Shown in pieces: positions 56,674 through 64,000 of a stretch of DNA of 64,000 nt. Under the pieces are notes generated by a model that saw nothing but the letters and a program-made list of their open reading frames with translations, had not been told where the DNA came from and ran no database searches. The stretch is from Epithemia pelagica (lineage: Eukaryota; Protista; Bacillariophyta), in the NCBI GenBank assembly GCA_946965045.2, contig OX337235.1, positions 186,001-250,000 on the forward strand. The letters are read 5' to 3'. Every line of letters begins with the position of its first letter. Position 1 is the first letter of the stretch. Made by a program: the position numbers and the translations under genes.

Positions 56674-57597
56674 ATGACAATGATGATTGTCCATCACAGT
56701 CTTGCTTCGGTTAGCATAATGCTCATGACGTGGATCATGATGAGTCCAACTGGGTTTGCAGGAAGGGCAACGAAGAAGCTCCCACCCTATTATCGTTTGA
56801 TGGACGAGCTTATCCTCCATAATAAACAAGTAAAACATACGGTCAAGAGCGGCAACGCGTTACCATCAAACCAAAAACAAGGAAACGTAAACACCACTCC
56901 TTCTCGGTCAGCGACTTTGTGCGGTGCACAGGAGAGAAGCAAGCAGCGCAATGGCTTGAAGAACATGAATCACACGTGCTTGACGGGCACCGAGGAACTC
57001 TTTACAAACAATCCAGAACTAGCACGTGCCCGTAGCATGTTCTACGACCAACTCCTGAACAGCAGCAATTCGTCCTCCTTGTGGACCGAGGTTGAGACAA
57101 ACTCGTGGCAGTGTGTGGTCGATGGAGCAACAAACGTTCGTTCCTCAAAGGTGTTTGCGGAGACATGCAATGCAGTTGGTGGGAAAACCGTAATCTCGAG
57201 CATGGTGATCCAGTGTCGTGTGAGATCCAAAGTGACAGCGGACAAAGCCACCGAATTTGAGGCAAGCCTCAACCATTTCATCAATTGCTTGGACATTGTT
57301 ACATGTGACAACCGCAATGTGCTCATCCTTCAGAAAAAGCTTGGAAACGACCTTGTCCGTCGATTCCAACAAGTTCCTACCGAGAAGTTCCCCGGCTTTT
57401 TCACTTCCTGCACGGGAAGGCGTGAGGTTCAAATTGGCTCCAATCACCACGTGCACATCTCTAATCGTCGTCATAAAGAACCTGCGACACTGTTGGTTCG
57501 ATTGGTGTTGTTCTTCTTTGCATTACTCATGGGAATTGAAACGGGCGTAGCACTTGCAGTGGTCCTGGCTTGCAAAACAGCGAGCCATCCAAAATAG
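56674..57597 (+). CDS. 8-Cys family paralog 7 (basic, 7 family Cys, TM-like tail)
   Basis: HTCLTGTEELFTNNPEL, WQCVVDG, TCNAVGG, IQC, LNHFINC, VTC, TSC; N-terminal hydrophobic leader; C-terminal hydrophobic segment plus short tail. Confidence 0.8.
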   Translation: MTMMIVHHSLASVSIMLMTWIMMSPTGFAGRATKKLPPYYRLMDELILHNKQVKHTVKSGNALPSNQKQGNVNTTPSRSATLCGAQERSKQRNGLKNMNHTCLTGTEELFTNNPELARARSMFYDQLLNSSNSSSLWTEVETNSWQCVVDGATNVRSSKVFAETCNAVGGKTVISSMVIQCRVRSKVTADKATEFEASLNHFINCLDIVTCDNRNVLILQKKLGNDLVRRFQQVPTEKFPGFFTSCTGRREVQIGSNHHVHISNRRHKEPATLLVRLVLFFFALLMGIETGVALAVVLACKTASHPK

Positions 57598-58131
57598 TGA
57601 GAGTCCCCTTAAAGACGCTTTTGAAAAAGAAACATCCGATGCTGAAACCAAAATACAGATCATGACGCATTGTACAGGTAGTAGTAAGTAGGACATAGCG
57701 TGAGAAGAATGTTCGGGCACTGTTGACCATAGGCACTTGATGTATGGAATGGAAATCCTGAGACGACTCTGGCATCAAAGTATATCGTGGGGTTGGTGAT
57801 TGCTCTTGGGTCAATTGGACTTCAACCATGACTTTTTCCATCATTCATCGATGTCCGAATCGAATATGAACGTCTTTGACTTGAATGTGTATGTCCGAGT
57901 CAGACCGGTGTGTTCAATGTTCAAGAGCATGCAATTGCCCATAGTGTCTTCAAGTCCATCACGAAGCGAACCAAATCAAATCACGGAAACGGTCAAGTCA
58001 TGGATGATGATTTTGGTGATAGGACAAAACCTCCAAATTCTTCGTTATCACAAATACTGAAACGGTAGATTCAAAATCAACCTTTCCTCTTGTTAGATAC
58101 TAAAACGAATACAGCAGCATTGACAGAGAGC

Positions 58132-58899
58132 ATGATTCTCGTGAGGAACTTTGGCCTGTCCCATTTCTTGCTTGCAACCATTGCGATGTTGCCTACAAGC
58201 TTCTCCTCTCCTTATTTCCCCCATGCCAAGGATCTCTTTGAAAAACACCACGTGTTTTCTTCAGAGGTCCTCTCTGACCAGAAGAACAGTACCAGAAGCC
58301 TTCTTCGTCGTTCTCAGATGACTGGTTTCTATCCTCAGTCTCATCGTCTTCTTCCTCGTGAACTATCTACGGACGACGAGGAATGTCAGGACTCGTACGA
58401 TCAGCTCTACCAAGACAATCCCGAACTAGACGCCATCTTCGACGACCTGATGGAAAACGAAGAACCGTTCGAAGACGCTACCTGTACCAGGAAACGCATT
58501 GATTGGATGGTTTGCTCGATGGATGGTAACCGTCTGCCGGAGACGGGCGAATTTGTCGAAAAAGGCGACGAGGTGGGAGGTGATGTATTGTGGGTTAACC
58601 TGTTCGTCAAGTGCACAAAGAACGGACAGCCTCCCATAACTGCAGAGGTTCGTATGACCAATTTGGCCGACTGTTTCCCCGACGTACAAGAGTGTCAAAA
58701 TTTGGATCTGGGTGAGATGGAAGATGAATTCAAAGCTGTCTTTTTGGAAGAGTTGGAACAGGAATTGAAAGATGAGATGCCGGGTGAGACTTTCCGTTGC
58801 ACAGCGGAGGTGAAGATCAGGGAAGATTCTGCTTCCACGAAGACTCTCCCCATTCTGTTGGTTGTTACTTCAGTTGTCGGCTGGTTCTGGATTACGTAG
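58132..58899 (+). CDS. RxL/8-Cys GPI-type surface protein, paralog 8 (fourth Cys replaced)
   Basis: Signal peptide; RELSTDDEEC..LYQDNPEL; tail EDSASTKTLPILLVVTSVVGWFWIT. Confidence 0.88.
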   Translation: MILVRNFGLSHFLLATIAMLPTSFSSPYFPHAKDLFEKHHVFSSEVLSDQKNSTRSLLRRSQMTGFYPQSHRLLPRELSTDDEECQDSYDQLYQDNPELDAIFDDLMENEEPFEDATCTRKRIDWMVCSMDGNRLPETGEFVEKGDEVGGDVLWVNLFVKCTKNGQPPITAEVRMTNLADCFPDVQECQNLDLGEMEDEFKAVFLEELEQELKDEMPGETFRCTAEVKIREDSASTKTLPILLVVTSVVGWFWIT

Positions 58900-59346
58900 G
58901 GCCCAGGAAGGCCGCTTGTATTGTGCATAGGACAGAAGGCTTCATCATCTGCTCAATATAATGTATGTTCTTTCAGTTTATTGGCCATCCTTCATGGCGG
59001 TACCGAGTTTCTCTGAACGTTCCATTGTTGTCGAGTCGTTCTGCACGAACCACCAGCGACAAACCTTGTCGTGCGAGGAAATGGCTGGTGAGATCCTTGA
59101 CACATGAACGAGTTTATCTGTACGTGCGCTTTTTTACGAGCTCGTAGAGATATCCTTTTTATAAGTTTGTACCTGCCATCAAACTTCAACAACAGGCTCG
59201 CATTTCGAAGTTTTCGTACGGATCATCCAGAATGAGAAGCGAACAGGTCGATTGGTTATTGCACCAGGTATCTACTCTGCTCATAAAATCAACACCATTC
59301 TTGATTGATAAGAACCAGTCCCACAACACTCTACCCACACACCACC

Positions 59347-60192
59347 ATGAGGTTTTTGGGGTGTCCCTCCATCTTTGTCAGCGGAGTACTCGTTGTTGCT
59401 CCTCTACTTCCCACAACAGTTTTTGCCCGTTCCTCCCATTTCTTCTCCATCATTGACAGTGCCTTTGGGCGCACTGTTCCCACGACTGTCTTTGACCCAG
59501 ACGGAGTCCTCACCACCACAACGACTGATCCAGAGTCAATAGAAGACGCCGAGAGCAGCAGCAACAACAACCCAAATGGCAACACCCGAGCTTTGGGCAA
59601 ATCCTTTCTTTTCCCGTCGTTGTTGGTGAATCGCGACCTTGCTGGCCCAAGTACGGAATGCATGGAGGCATCCGACGCCATTTTTGCCGACGATCCCAAA
59701 CTTGAAGAATTGACGACGCAAATGCAAGACGAAGTGGCCTTTGATGAATCCAGCTGCAAGGCCCATCGTCCCGACTATTAAGTCTGTGTCGTAGATGGTT
59801 CTCATTTGACGGGCCATGACGAGTTTCGTCGCATTTGTCAGGAGGTTGGTGGAGATGGTCTGTCTGTCACCTTTTTTGTGGTCTGTGTCATGGACCATGA
59901 TCTTTTGGACGGCCCGGTGACGGGTGAATTTTATCTCCGCAATGTTCCCCATTGTTTCAATGGAACCGCTTGCGACAATGACGACATGCAAGCCTTGGAA
60001 GAAGAAGGGGGAGATGACATTGTCCAGCAAGCTGAAAGTAGTTTGGAAGACGAATTTGGGGGTGCCACCTTTGACTGTACGGCCAAGGTTACGGTGAAAC
60101 GAGATGCCGCAGCGGTGCCGAATTCCAGCAGTTTCGCCATGTGGTTGCTGCTGACAACGACTGTTGTGAGTTCTCTGGTCGACCTTGTTTAG
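59347..60192 (+). pseudogene. RxL/8-Cys GPI-type surface protein, paralog 9, with one in-frame TAA (59779-59781)
   Basis: RDLAGPSTEC..IFADDPKL...SSCKAHRPDY*VCVVDG continues in frame to the GPI-type tail. Confidence 0.85.
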
Positions 60193-62242
60193 AGTCAAAC
60201 AAACCACGGAGTAATGATCCATGATTGTGATCCATTCTCCAGTGTGCTTTCTTGTTTTTTCTTTGATCCAACCTCATAACATTCTAGAGTATCGTATGAT
60301 CTTCCTCTAAAAAGAACCTAACCATTCCTTGTCTTGTCTGGTTCTTAATCTCTTTGAAGAAAATCGTTTGCTGCAACCTGTAGAACAGTTGTGGCAGAAG
60401 GACTCGAAGAACAGAAGGACAGAGGAATCAATGCCTCCAGGTCTGTCGTTTACATTCCTTCCGAGGTTTACCTTAATGGGTTGTGGCACCTGATTTCGGC
60501 TCTGCTGGAAACATCCAAACCACCATACTGGATTGGCAACCGCCATTCAACCCGCCACAACACTACTACCCACACACATACCATGGAAAGCTTGGGAGTG
60601 CCCGTCACTCGTTGCCTGCCGAATTATGGTCGTTTTGCTCCTCTACCTAGTACTAATACTGTCTAAAACCCATTTTTTCCATGACGGACCGCGCAGAAGA
60701 TCGAGCAGAGCGTTCCACTGGAGATCATGTCCATTCCCAGTTTCACGCTCTTCTCGACCTTCTGTACGGTCCCTCACTCCAGTTTCACGCGTGTCGTCCA
60801 ACATGGGGAGTGTCTCTCATCACTCGTTGCCTGCAAAGTGTTTGTTCTTTTGTTGCTCCTCTACATACAAGTAGTGCAGGAACACCACCACCAGCCACAA
60901 TACCTTCCATGGCAACACCTGGATATTGGTCGAATCTTGGTTTCTCCATACCTTGTTGGCGAATCGCACACTGGCTGGCATTCTAGCTAGCAGTAACAGT
61001 ACGGAATGCAGGGAGGCATTCGAGGCCATGTGTGTGTTTGCCAACTCTCTCCCTTTTTCTCATCTCTCCCAAGCTTTTCCAAGAATAAAACGACACGGCC
61101 AAAAGTGCGTGGCCTCGAGGAACTTTCCATGTTGCGCGTGCACACCACAAGAGAGAGAATACCAGACCAGAAGAATTGTGGCACAGATCCGGAAAAAACA
61201 GAAAAAAGGTTGAGGTCTCTTTCGTTCCATACACACAGACAATGCGAATCTGCTGTAGCCTCCTCTTACGCGACGACAGAATGGTGTTGTTGTCGGCGAT
61301 TGTGGTTGGAGTGGTTGGTTGGTTCGGTCACCAGCACACAGAGTTTCATCATCCTCTAGAATAGCACCCGCCGAAAGAATCGACCAAAGACCCACAAACA
61401 CTCTCATGCCTTTCCTTTCTCCGAATGTGGCAGATTCCATTCCTTCACCGCCGTCGCTACCATGATTTGGTCGGTGTAACTCCAGGAGGATGAGGAAAAG
61501 ATCGTTCATTCGTGGATGGATCGCGGATATAACGCCGCCGGTCGGTCATCTGGCTCACGCGAGCCACTCGAAAGGCGTGGCTGGCGCGCAAACGATCTTC
61601 TTGTTTGACGACGGAGGGTGACACAACAATCATGACAATGACAAAGGACACCACAGAAAGCGACGCGGTGTTGTGAGAATCATGTCTACTCTCTCACAAA
61701 GGGAGGAGAGCCACCAGAGACCAGAGGCTCTCATCTGCAAAAACGTCTCTCCTTGTGGGGAACAAGAGTTTGGCCGTGCGTGGTCTTCGGGTTGACCTAT
61801 TGTTCAAGAAAAACCCGAACCATGGGTGTCATGAGTCATGAGATGTGAGCGAATGACAGAGGCATCCGATATTATAATTATGGAAGAGAGTCGAAGAGAA
61901 CCAAAGAATCTGACAAAACAAGAAAATGGTTAGGATGCTTCTCATGTTCGACAAGCCACCGCGTCGTCGAACCATTGATCATCCTCAACTCGAACTTCTC
62001 GAATTTGAACGTCCATACCACTCTCTCTACATTTCAAAGAGAGAACACGGTGTCACGCACAGAATGGTTGGGATTCGACCAACCTGCTTCGGATTGGTTT
62101 GCTTGGGGTTCGGAAACAAGCACAACATGGTAGGGAATGGCCTTTGTGGATCGGAGAAATATGATACCACCCACACTAACTGTTGTACGATGCAAGGATG
62201 CCGTCAGCTTCGTCGCTTTTGTCGTAGATGTAAAACGTAATT

Positions 62243-64000
62243 TTACTTTACTATCTTGACTATCTCCAAAGAATGAGCTCTCGTCTTTTTCGCCTTGCTC
62301 GTCTTTGGTTTTCCGTATTTCACCACGTCAGCGAACGTAACGCGCTTACCTTCTCGCTTGCGTGATTGTTCGTGACTCCTTCGATAAGTAGTTCTTGTCA
62401 TTGTCCCAGCTTGGTCGCCGGGTGGCTCTGAGGACTCGTGGATCATTTTTTTCGTCTTCGTCATTATTTCCAACACGCTCCTCATGAGTCGAGGAGTCGC
62501 ACGGGGAGCCTTGCAGGGAATCGATGGGCTTGTGTCCGAGTAATACGTCTCTGAACTTGATGAAAAGACTCCCTTGTAGTGGTTTTGTGTAAAAATCCGC
62601 TAACATTTCCTCCGTTGGGCAGTAATGGATGTCGATATTTTCTTGTTCGATTCGGTCTTTTGTAAAGAAATATCTGATTTCCACATGGCGCGACTGCTTC
62701 CCCGCTGAAGCTCTTCCGTTTTTCTCTAGTTTGATTGCACTCTGGTTGTCCTGGGCGAATTTTGTGCTTGCTATCTTGTATCCTTGGGCCTCGAGGAATC
62801 GTTTGGCCCATATCGTGTTTGGGAGGTAGTCACTTGCACCCACAACCTCGGCCTCAGTCGAGCTCTTAGTATTGAGCTTCTGCTTTCTTGATTTTGCGAT
62901 GATAGCACCTCGCCCAAGGGACATTACACCGCCTGTGTGGCTGCGCATGTTGTCATGTACGGCGAATGATGCGTCGACCCATGTCTTGAGATGGGGTACA
63001 TTGTCTGCTCCGACAATGTATTCCAATTCTTTGGTAGCATACAGATATTGGAGCACTCGTTTCAATTTGGCCCAATCGTCGACGGTACATTTGGCAACTC
63101 GGGTGCACAAGAACGCGATGGCCGTTTGGATGTCTATACGGGCACGTTGTGACAGGTAGAGTAATTTTGCCACGATACTGTGAAATTTGTCCTTCTTTTC
63201 TTTGCTGAGCATCGGTGAATTCTTCTTGATTGTGAAAAGTCCTTTCCTCGCAGGTGTTGATGCTCCTTGTGTGACATCCTCGCCAAACATGTCGATTGCT
63301 TCGTCGATGTATTGTGGCATGATGATGCTGACCGTGCCGTTGTCGTTGATTGTAATCTTCATTCCCAAATAGGTGTGTTCTTTTCCTCTACACACCAACA
63401 TCTTCCCGAATTTTGCTTCGATTGCTGCCACGACATCTTCGATTACCTTCTCTTCCACGTGCGATGCTTTCAGATCATCCACGTACCAGGTTACATTGCA
63501 TTGACGTCCGTTGATCATTTTGTTGGCCACGCATGGGTCGTACGGGTTTAGTTCGAAACCCATCTCTTTCAGCGTTGTGGAGAACAACTCGTACCACAGT
63601 AGTGCAGATTGAACGCATCCATACAGTGCTTTGTTGAGTCGTACGTGGAGTACCTTGGTTTTTCCTTCCATGACGACGAACTTTTTGTATTTCTCGTTGA
63701 TCTGGCAGAAGATGTCCACTACATCACCGGTGAGCTTCATTAATACGTAATCGCGCATAAAAGCATTAAGGTATGCCCCAGCGATGTCAGCGGTGATGAC
63801 TTTCCGTCGTTCAATTGCGTCAATGATCAGTGACATGATCAGGGTGTCTGCTGACAGGGCTGGTGAAGCAGTCTCACTTTTATTGTAGTGTGGTTGCTGG
63901 GACCGTCCGTCCGCGCACGATCGTCCCTTGATCTTGCCACAGCGTTTCTCTTTGATCACGTTGACTGATCTGAGGGCTGCCTTCTTCTGTTGTGCCGTAA
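62243..64000 (-). mobile_element. pol: Partial second Ty1/copia element (RT-RNaseH end), continuing beyond the window
   Basis: KEKRCGKIKGRSCADG, ADIAGAYL, LNKALYG, WYVDD, WVDASFA, FAQDNQS, MLADFYTKP. Distinct lineage from the 7678 element; LTR not identifiable here. Confidence 0.93.

Noticed and set aside
60580-60875. Two ~60-bp degenerate repeats encoding HSLPAELWSF / HSLPAKCLFF (F-box-like start)
   Set aside because: Each is followed by a stop within a few codons; too short to support a gene call.
62011-62030. Possible PPT and LTR boundary of the second copia (..ccatacca|ctctctct)
   Set aside because: No second LTR, matching terminal inverted repeat or TSD is visible in the window to confirm it.

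Overview
Eukaryotic nuclear DNA, most likely from a pennate diatom. This rests on diatom-type Ty1/copia (CoDi-like) elements, short GT-AG introns, diatom-style low-complexity ORFs and microsatellites; the species cannot be determined. (1) 1-16 kb holds a tandem duplication of a small secreted PLAT-like gene. Copy 1 is split by a composite TIR element containing a 43-bp-stem palindrome and a nested MITE. Copy 2 is intact but has a complete, very recent 7.1-kb copia element upstream (identical 169-bp LTRs, CCTGA TSD, half-tRNAiMet PBS). In that element gag and pol share one frame and are separated by a single UGA followed by hairpins, a candidate readthrough site. (2) 24-37 kb and 56-60 kb hold at least nine co-oriented, highly diverged paralogs of an uncharacterised family: signal peptide, RxL-terminated propeptide, 8-Cys domain and GPI-type tail. 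The array shows birth-and-death signs and is interleaved with a Crinkler-like NTPase-REase pseudogene, an FKBP pseudogene and a Tc1/mariner-type MITE. (3) 38-56 kb holds ordinary-looking genes: a bacterial-type SMR transporter with an N-terminal extension, a membrane-anchored GH28, a TLC protein, a sulfotransferase-like protein and two DUF4050/Gag1-clamp-like paralogs. (4) The RT-RNaseH end of a second copia element runs off the right edge. No rRNA, tRNA or CRISPR features were seen. All family calls come from motif recognition by eye, not database searches.
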